Notes under the pieces: model-generated
Databases searched by the model: none
Told to the model about the DNA's origin: nothing
What the model saw: the letters and a program-made list of their open reading frames with translations, nothing else
In this document: in pieces, positions 1 to 9,288 of the stretch
Position numbering within the stretch: position 1 is the first letter of the stretch
Layout: every line of letters starts with the position of its first letter
Source: an uncultured Candidatus Saccharibacteria bacterium
Lineage (GTDB): Bacteria; Patescibacteriota; Minisyncoccia; Phycocordibacterales; UBA6899
DNA length: 64,000 bases
Assembly (NCBI GenBank): GCA_964469335.1
Contig: CAYXYK010000002.1
Span: 125,549-189,548, forward strand
Direction of reading: 5' to 3'
Program-made: the position numbers and the translations under genes

Positions 1-35
1 GGCGGACTACATGACTGATGGTTGGTTGTGCGGCA

Positions 36-881
36 CTAAACAATCGGGCACAGGGACTGCCCTTCAGTGACAACATTCGCTATCGCAGACTTGTTCATCC
101 CCATCTTCGTCAGCATCGACGGGTCACGGATAATGTCTTTGCATAGCACCACTCCGCTTTGAAGTAGCTCATTCTTGTGGTGCTCCGAGAGCGAAGTAAG
201 ACTGGTGATTGGGTGTGTTTGGGTACGCTGGACAAGGTCCTGGAGAGTGTGTCCTTTCGGGTAGTTCCAACCCGTAAGTGCAAGCCCGACGCAATTCGCG
301 TACTGGATCGCTTGGGTAGTGAAGCTGGTGTTGGTGATGAGCCACGCCTTGGTGAATACACCCATTCCGGCCGCTGAATGTTCAAGCCGTTTCTTTATGT
401 CCTCAAAACGCGCGTGGACATAGAGAGCAACTTTCACATCCGATTTCGTCTCGGGCTGATTGTGATACTTTGCTTCGACCATGATACGTTCACTGCTTTT
501 CTCGGCGACGACATCGACTTCATGCTCAACGCACTCACCGTTGACGATGACACCCGTCGAAGTGCGGTACCCTTCAGCGGCAAGTATCTCTGCAATGAAC
601 TTCTCGAATGGGAATCCTGAGGGGCCAAGCTGCATAAGTGCCCGCTTCAAACTGTATTCCGCTGCGACCGGAGGGTTTGTGCGCTTCAAAAGTTCGAATG
701 CATGATGATAGATATCTGTCGTTCTCATCCCATCACGCAGGTCTTGTTCGACGTGTGCGACTATCTCGCGGGTAAGGTCTTCGCTCGCCTTCGCAGTTCG
801 AAGTGAATACACGAGTTTGGCTTCGTTCCAAAGCTCGCGTTCACCGGACGCCTTTATGATGTAAACGGGATCTTTTGGCAC
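36..881 (-). CDS. ATP-cone domain fused to Mrr-like (restriction endonuclease fold) domain protein
   Basis: N-terminus (VYIIKASGERELWNEAKLVYSL...) resembles an ATP-cone. The central part (FEKFIAEILAAEGY...VDVVAEK...VEAKYH) resembles the Mrr/restriction-endonuclease catalytic core. Full-length 281-aa ORF. Confidence 0.55.
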   Translation of the reverse strand: MPKDPVYIIKASGERELWNEAKLVYSLRTAKASEDLTREIVAHVEQDLRDGMRTTDIYHHAFELLKRTNPPVAAEYSLKRALMQLGPSGFPFEKFIAEILAAEGYRTSTGVIVNGECVEHEVDVVAEKSSERIMVEAKYHNQPETKSDVKVALYVHARFEDIKKRLEHSAAGMGVFTKAWLITNTSFTTQAIQYANCVGLALTGWNYPKGHTLQDLVQRTQTHPITSLTSLSEHHKNELLQSGVVLCKDIIRDPSMLTKMGMNKSAIANVVTEGQSLCPIV

Positions 882-887
882 GGACTT

Positions 888-1343
888 TTATTGACTAACC
901 GGATTAATGTAGGTACCGGCACTCGATTGCCATGCGGTCTCGGTGATCTTCGGTATGAGAGGGTCACCGTTGAATGACGCGCGGATATCGATGTCCTCAG
1001 GTCCTTCAGCAAGTACCTGGAAAGGATAGTTCGTCCTTATTTGCGCACAAAGAGCTTGGTCGAGCATCTTGTCTTTCGCGTTCAGTGTGATGGTCACGAT
1101 ATTCGGATTTTTCTGATCATGCACCGCCTCAGCATCAAGGGCGTAGCATGAGTGTGGAAGCGGGATCTGTCCGGAGAAACGATGTTCGCCGTCCTTGAAT
1201 GCGTGGTACATCGCGAGTGAGCGTGTAGACGTCGCATACGACACAGCTACCGGAGGCTTCGACGTGTCTTTCATCAAACCTACATAGAAGTACCCCATGA
1301 TCCCTGCAGCGATGACGATAGTGAATGCGATGACCCATTTCAT
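888..1343 (-). CDS. hypothetical membrane-anchored protein (N-terminal TM helix)
   Basis: 151-aa ORF with a hydrophobic N-terminus (MKWVIAFTIVIAAGIMGYFYVGL). Tightly packed between neighbouring genes. No recognisable family. Confidence 0.45.
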   Translation of the reverse strand: MKWVIAFTIVIAAGIMGYFYVGLMKDTSKPPVAVSYATSTRSLAMYHAFKDGEHRFSGQIPLPHSCYALDAEAVHDQKNPNIVTITLNAKDKMLDQALCAQIRTNYPFQVLAEGPEDIDIRASFNGDPLIPKITETAWQSSAGTYINPVSQ

Positions 1344-1354
1344 AGTTTTGGAAA

Positions 1355-1690
1355 TTAGTTTACAGCTACCAGTTTCACGGTGAAGATGAGTGTTGCGCGT
1401 GGAGGTATGACTCCGGGATAGCCGTCTTCCCCGTAGGCAAGATGGTACGGTATGGTCAGCTTGCGTGTCTCGCCGACCTTCATCCCAGCCACTCCCATTT
1501 CCCAGCCGGCGATCACTTGCCCTCCGCCCAGTTTAAACGTGAAAGGTTCCCCCCGCGGGATACTTGAATCGAATACGGTGCCATCGGTAAGTTTGCCCGT
1601 GTAGTCGACCGAAACGTTGTCGCCCTTCTGTGCGACTGGCCCGGTTCCCGCCTCAACTGTCTCGATACCAAGTGTTTGCTCGTCATTCAT
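1355..1690 (-). CDS. FKBP-type peptidyl-prolyl cis-trans isomerase
   Basis: 111 aa. [16 protein letters not shown]...[39 protein letters not shown] is a classic FKBP domain. Confidence 0.85.
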   Translation of the reverse strand: MNDEQTLGIETVEAGTGPVAQKGDNVSVDYTGKLTDGTVFDSSIPRGEPFTFKLGGGQVIAGWEMGVAGMKVGETRKLTIPYHLAYGEDGYPGVIPPRATLIFTVKLVAVN

Positions 1691-1742
1691 GTTTGTGTAG
1701 ATTATCTGCTACCTTGATTATATCGTAATTGAGCTCTCGATG

Positions 1743-2822
1743 TCACTCATGGGAGATGATACCTCCGCCTATGCACACACCATCTCTATAGAATACTGCC
1801 GACTGTCCGTCTGCGATGTCACTGATCGGAGACTCCATCGTCACTTTCCAGGTTCCTTGTTCTTCAGCGAGGATAGCATTGATGAGCTCTCCTCGATAAC
1901 GGATACGGACATCGAGCTTGTGGGGGCCGGCACCGACCAAGCCCCTTTGGGTCACATCGTCGAGTTTGAATTGCTTAGTACCTTCTTGTCCTCGTGACGC
2001 ATCGTTGTGCGAGACCGTTATCGTGTTGGCCGAGATATCCTTTGCAATGACGAAATACGGTCTGTCATTCGGTGACACACTTGTTACCCTGAATCCGTGA
2101 CGTTGTCCTATGGTATAGAGCGTCGCACCGTGATGCTCTCCTATCTCTTTTCCTTCAGTATCAAACACCTTTCCTTTCTCCGTTTTGATGTAGTGTTTGA
2201 GAAAGTCTTCCATGTCAATCGGTCCCATGAAGCACAAGCCCTGACTGTCTTTCTTTTCCGCATTCGGTAACCCCTTCTCTTTGGCGATGCTTCGTACTTC
2301 GTTTTTTTTGAGGTGACCGATAGGAAATAATACCGAAGCGAGCACTTCCTCGCTAAGCGTCCACAGGAAATATGACTGATCTTTTTCCGTGTCGACTCCC
2401 TTAAGCAGTCGGGGTTTTCCGCGATGCTCATCTATTTGGGCATAGTGCCCGGTGGCGACATAATCAGCTCCATGAGACCTAGCGAATTCTAAGAACGCAC
2501 CGAATTTCACGTACTTGTTGCACATCACGTCAGGATTCGGAATCCTGCCGCGTGAGTATTCGCTGATCATATAATCCACCACTTCTTCTTTGTATTCTTT
2601 CTCAAGATCCAGTGTAAGAAATGGAATTGAGAGATGAGCAGCCGCTCGCATCGCATCACGTCTTTCGTCGCGCCACGAACAAGGCAGAAAGTCTGCCTGC
2701 CATACTTTTATAAATACGCCGACAACATCATACCCGGCATCTCGAAGTAGCAGCGCAGATACTGATGAATCTACCCCGCCGGACATTCCGACGAATACTT
2801 TACTTCTCGGGTGTTTCTCCAT
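1743..2822 (-). CDS. mnmA: tRNA-specific 2-thiouridylase MnmA
   Basis: PP-loop SGGVDSS at the N-terminus. The conserved CNKYVKFGAFLEFA...YVATGHYA...DQSYFLW motifs are present. 359 aa. Confidence 0.9.
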   Translation of the reverse strand: MEKHPRSKVFVGMSGGVDSSVSALLLRDAGYDVVGVFIKVWQADFLPCSWRDERRDAMRAAAHLSIPFLTLDLEKEYKEEVVDYMISEYSRGRIPNPDVMCNKYVKFGAFLEFARSHGADYVATGHYAQIDEHRGKPRLLKGVDTEKDQSYFLWTLSEEVLASVLFPIGHLKKNEVRSIAKEKGLPNAEKKDSQGLCFMGPIDMEDFLKHYIKTEKGKVFDTEGKEIGEHHGATLYTIGQRHGFRVTSVSPNDRPYFVIAKDISANTITVSHNDASRGQEGTKQFKLDDVTQRGLVGAGPHKLDVRIRYRGELINAILAEEQGTWKVTMESPISDIADGQSAVFYRDGVCIGGGIISHE

Positions 2823-2853
2823 CAGCGGAATGTATCATGACCACCAGGCGGCA

Positions 2854-3417
2854 TCAAGCCGGTCGTTCGAGGACTTTCTTCGCGATAGCGAAAGCGGTTC
2901 TTGCATCGGAGAGTGCAGTGTGGGCATTGATATTCTTCACGCCGAAATACTCCGATAACTCGCGTAAGGTGAACTTGAACAGTCTTTTGTCGGAATAGAG
3001 CTTCCCGAATACCATAGATGCAAGATCGAGTTTTTGATAATACAGGGAACGTTCAAAATCGACCCCGTGCCGCTTTCCATTCATGAACAGGAAGGTCCAA
3101 TCGAAAGTCACATTTTGAGCGACAAAGACACAGTCCTTCAGGAGCCTCGCTGCTTTCTCAAGTCCAACTTTCTGCGATACCGCATTTGTCCAATTTCGAT
3201 TCTCATACATCCCTACTGCGAGAGCCTGAGGTTCGGCATTCTCGATGTGTTCAGTCGCGAGAAGTATCTCCTCCTCGCCGGTCATCGTCAGCGTTACATT
3301 TCCTTCTGTGTCAAAGGATTGCTCAGCGAATACGATAGCGATCTCATATACCTCATGAATAGAAGGATCAAGTCCGGTCGTCTCGACGTCCACAAACGCA
3401 AGTCGATGTTTTTTCAT
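2854..3417 (-). CDS. DnaQ-like 3'-5' exonuclease (DEDD family)
   Basis: FVDVETTGLDP (Exo I), VAQNVTFDWTFL (Exo II) and HTALSDARTAFAIA (Exo III) motifs. 187 aa. Confidence 0.8.
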   Translation of the reverse strand: MKKHRLAFVDVETTGLDPSIHEVYEIAIVFAEQSFDTEGNVTLTMTGEEEILLATEHIENAEPQALAVGMYENRNWTNAVSQKVGLEKAARLLKDCVFVAQNVTFDWTFLFMNGKRHGVDFERSLYYQKLDLASMVFGKLYSDKRLFKFTLRELSEYFGVKNINAHTALSDARTAFAIAKKVLERPA

Positions 3418-3420
3418 GAA

Positions 3421-4788
3421 TTATGATATGAGTTCCTTTGCGAGTTGGTCCGCATCTCCTGCGCCGATGACGAGAATCACGTCGAAATTCTCTGCATGGT
3501 CACGAATCATCCGCTCCGCCTCAGTGAGATCTGCCGCGTATTCGATAGGAGCATCGGCATGTCTTTCTTTTACTCTGGCAATGATGTCGCGAGAGCTGAT
3601 TGGAGTCGACTCTTCCCTCCCCGCAACGTCGTATATCTCGATCAGGATCATCTCTGGAATCCCGGAGATGACGTCGACGAATTCAGAGAAAAGCTTGATA
3701 GTGCGTTCTCTGTGGTGCGGGCGGAACACAGTGAGAATACGTTTCCCCTTATAGCGACTTCGTGCTGCATCGGTGACTGCACGCAGTGCGGTCGGATGAT
3801 GGGCGTAGTCGGAGACTACAAGTGTTTCGTTGAGGTGTCCGAGTACCTCGAATCTTCTGCCGACGCCGTGAAATCCTGAGAGCACGCCTTGTATCGCTTC
3901 TGTCTGTCCGCCATAGGAGAGATAGACCGATATCGAAGCGAGAATGTTATAGAGATTATATATGCCCGGAAGCTCTGTAGAGAATGTTCCGAGGGATGTC
4001 CCCTTCCAGACCAGTTCAAACGACTGACTTGATTCATATTCGATCACACTGCTCGCATAGAGATCTGGGCCTTCTCCGACCCCATATCTCACAATGATAC
4101 CGTCGAAACCGCGAGCAACTTCACGAACGTCCGCATCATCATTGTTTACGACGAGTAGGTCTTCTTGTCGTAATTTTGCGACATACTCCCGAAATGCGCT
4201 CTTCACGTCAGCGAGATCGTGATAGTAATCCGGATGGTCGAGTTCGATGTTCGTGAGCACTATCGTTTGAGGAGAGAGGTTAAGCATGCTGCGACGATAC
4301 TCGCATGCCTCGACAATGAATATGTCACTGCTTCCTATGAGCAGATTGCGCTTCTCCCAACCAGGTACTTCTGCTCCGACAATAACGGATGGGTGCAAAC
4401 CTCCTCGTTCAAAGAGTTTTCCGATGAGTGCTGTGGTGGTCGACTTCCCGTGCGTACCTGATACCGCGATCGTGTTGTGGTCGCGAGTGACGAGGGCGAG
4501 TGCTTCTGGGTAACTCAATTCCTTGACCCGCAGATCCCTAGCTTTTTTCCGCTCTGGATTGTGTTCTGGCACTGCGGGAGAATATATCACCACATCGACA
4601 TCATCCGACAGGTTCTCACTGCGATGTCCGTCGAAATATTCCCCAGGAGGGAGTGTCTCTCTTGGGGGGAGATGCATATCCGATCCCGAAACATGTATGC
4701 CTCGCTCTGCGAACAGGCGGAGTATAGCAGAGACCCCGATACCACCCACACCAACGAAATGCGCTTTTTTGATGTCTGACAGATTCAT
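3421..4788 (-). CDS. murC: UDP-N-acetylmuramate--L-alanine ligase MurC
   Basis: HFVGVGGIGVSAIL Rossmann N-terminus and GTHGKSTTTALIG P-loop. Mur ligase architecture, 455 aa. Confidence 0.9.
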   Translation of the reverse strand: MNLSDIKKAHFVGVGGIGVSAILRLFAERGIHVSGSDMHLPPRETLPPGEYFDGHRSENLSDDVDVVIYSPAVPEHNPERKKARDLRVKELSYPEALALVTRDHNTIAVSGTHGKSTTTALIGKLFERGGLHPSVIVGAEVPGWEKRNLLIGSSDIFIVEACEYRRSMLNLSPQTIVLTNIELDHPDYYHDLADVKSAFREYVAKLRQEDLLVVNNDDADVREVARGFDGIIVRYGVGEGPDLYASSVIEYESSQSFELVWKGTSLGTFSTELPGIYNLYNILASISVYLSYGGQTEAIQGVLSGFHGVGRRFEVLGHLNETLVVSDYAHHPTALRAVTDAARSRYKGKRILTVFRPHHRERTIKLFSEFVDVISGIPEMILIEIYDVAGREESTPISSRDIIARVKERHADAPIEYAADLTEAERMIRDHAENFDVILVIGAGDADQLAKELIS

Positions 4789-4797
4789 TTTGCCATA

Positions 4798-5814
4798 TTA
4801 ACGCAAATACTTCTCTTTATTCAACTTGTGTTCCTCGAAGGTTCTCGCATAGTGCATCTTTCCTTGCTTGTCAGAAAGATAGTACACATACGGGGTTGTG
4901 CTCGGATACAGGGCGGCTTCGAGTGCGCTCATGCCCGGGTTATTGATCGGAGTCGGTGGTAATCCGGCATTCCGGTACGTGTTATAGGGGGAGGAGGTTG
5001 CGAGGTCGCTTTGCGTGAGCTCGAGTGATCCTTTGCCCATGATGTAGACGAACGGTGCGTCAACCCCGAGTCGCATGCCGTTTTTGATACGCGTCCAAAG
5101 GATACCTGAAACGATATGCCGATCCTCTTTCGTGACTGCCTCTCCTTCGATGATCGAAGCCATAGTCACTATCGATCCCCAATCTTTGCCGAGCTGGGTC
5201 GAACTTGCACGTATGTCGACGGTCTTCTTCTTAAAATTCTCGGTGAGCGCCATGTAGATTTCCCCGCTCGTCGCTGTGCTGAAAAAGAAATACGTATCAG
5301 GAAATAGATATCCTTCTTTTCCGCGTGAGAGATTGAGAAATTCCTCAGCGTTGAATGTACTAAGCTCCCGTTCGAGCACCGTAGTCATCTCCTTGATAGA
5401 CAGTCCTTCTGGGAGGGTCACCTTCTCTGTTTCAATCCCGTGGTCTCCGACGGCAAATCGCTTTGCAACTGAGAATATGTCCTCCGGTTCATGAAAAAGA
5501 TATGTGCCTGAAGATATAAGCTTCTCTTTTCCTGAATTCGTAATGAGGAGAGAGAAATACAGTGGAGAGCGGATGATCCCGTGAGCTGCAAGGATCTTCG
5601 CTGTTGAGGCAAGGGTTGATCCTCCCGGGATCTCGATCAGCGTGTCAGGCGAGAATGAAGCAGGCGGTAGCGTCAGAGTGTACGCGTAGGACCCTATCCC
5701 AAAAAGTACAATAAGGGCGAGAAGGGGAAATCGTGAAGCTCGCCTTTTTGAAGTTTTAGGGAGCGCGCTTGTGTCGTTTCGCGTCAGGTCGACGGGGTTC
5801 ATCTCACTCATCAT
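4798..5814 (-). CDS. mltG: endolytic murein transglycosylase MltG (YceG family)
   Basis: N-terminal TM anchor and the YceG-like domain (FPDTYFF ... SPYNTYRNAGLPPTPINNPG). 338 aa. Confidence 0.85.
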   Translation of the reverse strand: MMSEMNPVDLTRNDTSALPKTSKRRASRFPLLALIVLFGIGSYAYTLTLPPASFSPDTLIEIPGGSTLASTAKILAAHGIIRSPLYFSLLITNSGKEKLISSGTYLFHEPEDIFSVAKRFAVGDHGIETEKVTLPEGLSIKEMTTVLERELSTFNAEEFLNLSRGKEGYLFPDTYFFFSTATSGEIYMALTENFKKKTVDIRASSTQLGKDWGSIVTMASIIEGEAVTKEDRHIVSGILWTRIKNGMRLGVDAPFVYIMGKGSLELTQSDLATSSPYNTYRNAGLPPTPINNPGMSALEAALYPSTTPYVYYLSDKQGKMHYARTFEEHKLNKEKYLR

Positions 5815-7124
5815 ATCGGAAGATTTGCGGGAGGTTCACCTTTTCGTGATTCGATGCGTGTGAAGGTCGGTGTTTCTGCTACTCCGCCGGGGAAATGAAA
5901 TATGGTAGCGAGTTCTTCTGTGTTGAGTACGAAGGGTTTCTTTTTGTACGGGCCAGCGAAGTATGAGCGTCTAACGTAGCCGTCATAGAGTTTGTGTTTC
6001 TGCTTGTTCACTCTCCAGTCCTTGTAGTCTTGCCAAGGATAATCGAAGCCAGTGCCGTTCGCCTTGAATCCATTCAGGTCATGCGAGCTGAACGCTTGGA
6101 ATATCCCTCGTAGAGCACCGACATTCGATCCGTCGTAGTGTTCTTTTTTTGCTATATAAATGCCGCGGATACCGCAATCGAAACCAGGTTTCGAGATCGA
6201 ACGTTCAATCGCTGCCATCGCCTCGCTCTCCCGTTTGCTCATTTTTCCTGCGCCGTCACCTGCATATTTATCCTGGATCTCTTTGACGAGATTCTTCCCT
6301 TCCTGTTTCCAATCATGTTTACCGAACCAAGTTCCCGCCGTCGAGTATCGTTCGTTGTTCGTTTGGATGAGGATCTGTAGCCAGACATATTGATGTCGTC
6401 CGACGCTACCGAGGAACTCGATGATGTTCGAAATCGGGTCACTCTTCTGCTCCTCTTTCGTCTGGGTGGAATCGAGCTTATAGTCGACATAGGTTTTGAT
6501 CGGGTACGGGTCAGGTTTCGTCAGTGTGTACGTACATCCGTTCATACTCCACTCACCCTTTTCGTGGAGGTATGGTGCGAGAGAGACATAATCTTTCACT
6601 TCGTGTACCTCGATATCAGGGTACTGAGCATAGATATGCGTTTCTATGGTTTTTTTGAATTTCGAAGGTGTCCGAATGAAGAACTTAACCGCACCTTCAA
6701 GTGAGACCATTTCGAGTGAGAACCAAGGTTTGACCTGCCCTCCCCACCAACGGTCATACCAATTTCCTTTGCTGCCCTGTTGGAATGCGTGCAGCACAAG
6801 CTCCATTGCCACGGGTGTTTTATCGACGATACGAGGAACGCGGACTTCGAGCATGATGAATTCGAAGTTTTTGCGGATGTAGAGGAGTTGTCGATATTCA
6901 AGCCAGAGCATTGCCGCGAGCCATACGAGAAGTATCGGCGCCCAAATGAATGCGGTCCAAGAGATAAGGTCGAAAACAAGCCCGATGACATGAAAGACCG
7001 GGTTATCGAAGAGTGCAAAAAATGGGTCGAACATAGTCATAGTATATCGCAGCAGTGTGGAATCCGCGAGAATCGTACGGGGAAAACAAAAAAGACCGCC
7101 TGAGCGGTCTTTTTCTGTCCCCAC
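5811..7124 (-). CDS. conserved hypothetical membrane protein (TM helix followed by a large globular domain)
   Basis: 437-aa ORF. TM segment HVIGLVFDLISWTAFIWAPILLVWLAAMLW followed by a roughly 350-aa soluble domain. 4-nt overlap with the mltG start. The start could be the internal MTMFDP methionine. No family recognised. Confidence 0.5.
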   Translation of the reverse strand: MGTEKDRSGGLFCFPRTILADSTLLRYTMTMFDPFFALFDNPVFHVIGLVFDLISWTAFIWAPILLVWLAAMLWLEYRQLLYIRKNFEFIMLEVRVPRIVDKTPVAMELVLHAFQQGSKGNWYDRWWGGQVKPWFSLEMVSLEGAVKFFIRTPSKFKKTIETHIYAQYPDIEVHEVKDYVSLAPYLHEKGEWSMNGCTYTLTKPDPYPIKTYVDYKLDSTQTKEEQKSDPISNIIEFLGSVGRHQYVWLQILIQTNNERYSTAGTWFGKHDWKQEGKNLVKEIQDKYAGDGAGKMSKRESEAMAAIERSISKPGFDCGIRGIYIAKKEHYDGSNVGALRGIFQAFSSHDLNGFKANGTGFDYPWQDYKDWRVNKQKHKLYDGYVRRSYFAGPYKKKPFVLNTEELATIFHFPGGVAETPTFTRIESRKGEPPANLPI

Positions 7125-7129
7125 ATTTT

Positions 7130-8164
7130 TTACGCGAGAGAGTACGTCCCATCCTTCCCTTTTTTGAAGTATTTCGGATTCTGGAGATTGACCAAGATCG
7201 TGTTGGGTTTCACATATCGCTCGCGCATGACGCGGTCGACAACGTCTTCTTTCGTCAGCGGTCCGTGCTTCTTAATGATTTCGGTGATGACGTCGCGAAC
7301 AACTCCGGTCGAATAGCCCCACTCAGAGAGCGCATAGAGTCCGCGCCCGACAAGTACGAAACGTTTGTCTTTGATGAGTTCGTTGTGCGTTGTTGCAATG
7401 TGAGCTTTTTTGTCGAAATGTTCTCCGATCGCCTTCGCAACCTCGGTGAAGTGCATCGGACTTCCGTGCTTTCTGAGAACCAGGAATGCGTAATCTCGCA
7501 CACCGCGAGCAGATACGTTCGGAGAATGCGCGACACCCCATTCCCCAAGCGGGTTCTTGCCGATCTTCTTCGAGAGCGAGAGCCAGCGTCGGAGCACCTC
7601 TTCGTTCTTGAACTCTTCTGAAACATCCTTGAGATGGTTGAGGAACATCTCGATCATCTTCGATTCCTCGATGAGTTGGTCGTCGGCGAGCGATGAGTAG
7701 AGTTTGCGGAGGGATTCGTGCACATACTCGGTCGTCTCTTTGTCTACGCTCCAGCGATGAGCGAAGTCATCGTCTTCTTTGTGTTTGGTGAAGAAATCAC
7801 CAAGGACAAGAAGGAAATGTACGTGGTTCTGCGTGCTCTTGTCTGCAGATACATCAGAAAGGAATGTGTGTTCTGGGACGAGTGCACCGAGAGCGGTCAT
7901 GACATTCTTGAGTTCGTCGAACACAGCCGTTTGTGTCTTGAATTCGTCAGACTTTCTTATCGTAGCGAGCGCAAAATTTTCGATCTGGCGAACACGCTCA
8001 CGTGTGATGCTATAGCTTTCCCCGATGGACTCGAGTGTCATCTTTTTGACCTCGCTTCCGAGGCCGTAGCGCTTTGTGATGACATCAGCGGCCCGGCGCG
8101 GGAGTACCGACAGGAACATCTTTGTGACTTGCTTTGGTTTGAACGTGATAGTAACGGTACTCAT
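7130..8164 (-). CDS. sigma-70 region 4-like HTH plus C-terminal HARE-HTH domain protein
   Basis: The N-terminus (RRAADVITKRYGLGSEVKKMTLESIGESYSITRERVRQIENFALATIRK) matches a sigma-70 region 4 HTH. The C-terminus (MHFTEVAKAIGEHF...LIKDKRFVLVGRGLYALSEWGY) matches the HARE-HTH fold. 344 aa. Confidence 0.65.
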   Translation of the reverse strand: MSTVTITFKPKQVTKMFLSVLPRRAADVITKRYGLGSEVKKMTLESIGESYSITRERVRQIENFALATIRKSDEFKTQTAVFDELKNVMTALGALVPEHTFLSDVSADKSTQNHVHFLLVLGDFFTKHKEDDDFAHRWSVDKETTEYVHESLRKLYSSLADDQLIEESKMIEMFLNHLKDVSEEFKNEEVLRRWLSLSKKIGKNPLGEWGVAHSPNVSARGVRDYAFLVLRKHGSPMHFTEVAKAIGEHFDKKAHIATTHNELIKDKRFVLVGRGLYALSEWGYSTGVVRDVITEIIKKHGPLTKEDVVDRVMRERYVKPNTILVNLQNPKYFKKGKDGTYSLA

Positions 8165-8385
8165 GAATGATAAGAAATAAGAACCTCCAACTTTCTACGC
8201 TGGCAGAAAGACGGAAGCCACGGTTAATATGTGCGGTATTGACAGTTTCCCTCCAATACTCGGTTGTTTATAGTTCTAGCACTACTGGATTAATTGTCAA
8301 TCCCTGGATAAGTATTCTGATACCAATATTATACCCTTATTTTATAAGGTATTTTCGACTTCGAAAAATTATGACACAGCCCTCC

Positions 8386-9288
8386 TTACTTCAAGTTAAG
8401 TGATTTTGAAAGAATTCTCATCTCATCATCACTCACGGCGATGCCTGAGAAATCACCGTCGTAGTAGGGCAAATAGTTCTTGATCGATGCACCTGTCTCT
8501 GAAAGTGTCCCATGCCAATCAGTTCCGAAGGTAAGGATAAAGTCCTCTTTGCCCGCGGTTTCTCTCAAGAAGAGGTTCTCATCATCGCTATGAGCAGTGC
8601 TTGAAATCTCGAGTGCATCTACGCCATCACTACGGAGTTCCTCAAGCAATGTGGCCATTTCCCTCCTTCCACTTGCTATAGATTTCAATGAGATCCGCGG
8701 AGCGAGCGGGTGAGACAAGGAAGCAATTCCCCCGGATCTGTGTATCGCCTCAACTGCTTCAGTGATGTGAAGCGGAAAGTCATACGTAAGCACTCCGCTG
8801 ACGAACGGATTTGCCTCTTCGGTATTTGCAACTATCCCCTGTTCAACAAGAAAGCGCATCAATCCCGGCAATGAGAAAGTTGTCTCAGGCTCTCTGCTGA
8901 GTAGATCCCGAGAGATAAGTTTCTTGTTTGCATGCGAGAGTCTGTCATTGATCACAGGGACCGCAAGCAAGCAGCCTTTCTTTCTCGCTTCCATTTGTCT
9001 ATCTAGAACGTAGAGTAGTTCATCACTATTATGGTTGATACCTAACCCTAGGAGGTGGTTCATTTTCCCATGGAAGTTGACCGATAGCTCTACTCCGGGG
9101 ATGCAAATGATATCTGCATCCTTCGCGGCAGCAATCGCCGAATCAATACCAAGAACGGTATCATGGTCGGTGATAGCGTAACAAGAAAGACCCGCATGTT
9201 TTGCCATTCGAGCTATTTCCTCAGGTGAGTTCCTTCCGTCCGAAAATACAGTTTGGATCTGTAGGTCGATGCGACGGATTTCCGTCAT
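8386..9288 (-). CDS. PHP domain phosphoesterase
   Basis: IDLQIQTVFSDGRNSPEEIARMAKHAGLSCYAITDHDTV ... PGVELS is a PHP (polymerase/histidinol phosphatase) motif set. The likely start MTEIRR overlaps the leuS stop as ATGA. Confidence 0.7.
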   Translation of the reverse strand: MTEIRRIDLQIQTVFSDGRNSPEEIARMAKHAGLSCYAITDHDTVLGIDSAIAAAKDADIICIPGVELSVNFHGKMNHLLGLGINHNSDELLYVLDRQMEARKKGCLLAVPVINDRLSHANKKLISRDLLSREPETTFSLPGLMRFLVEQGIVANTEEANPFVSGVLTYDFPLHITEAVEAIHRSGGIASLSHPLAPRISLKSIASGRREMATLLEELRSDGVDALEISSTAHSDDENLFLRETAGKEDFILTFGTDWHGTLSETGASIKNYLPYYDGDFSGIAVSDDEMRILSKSLNLK

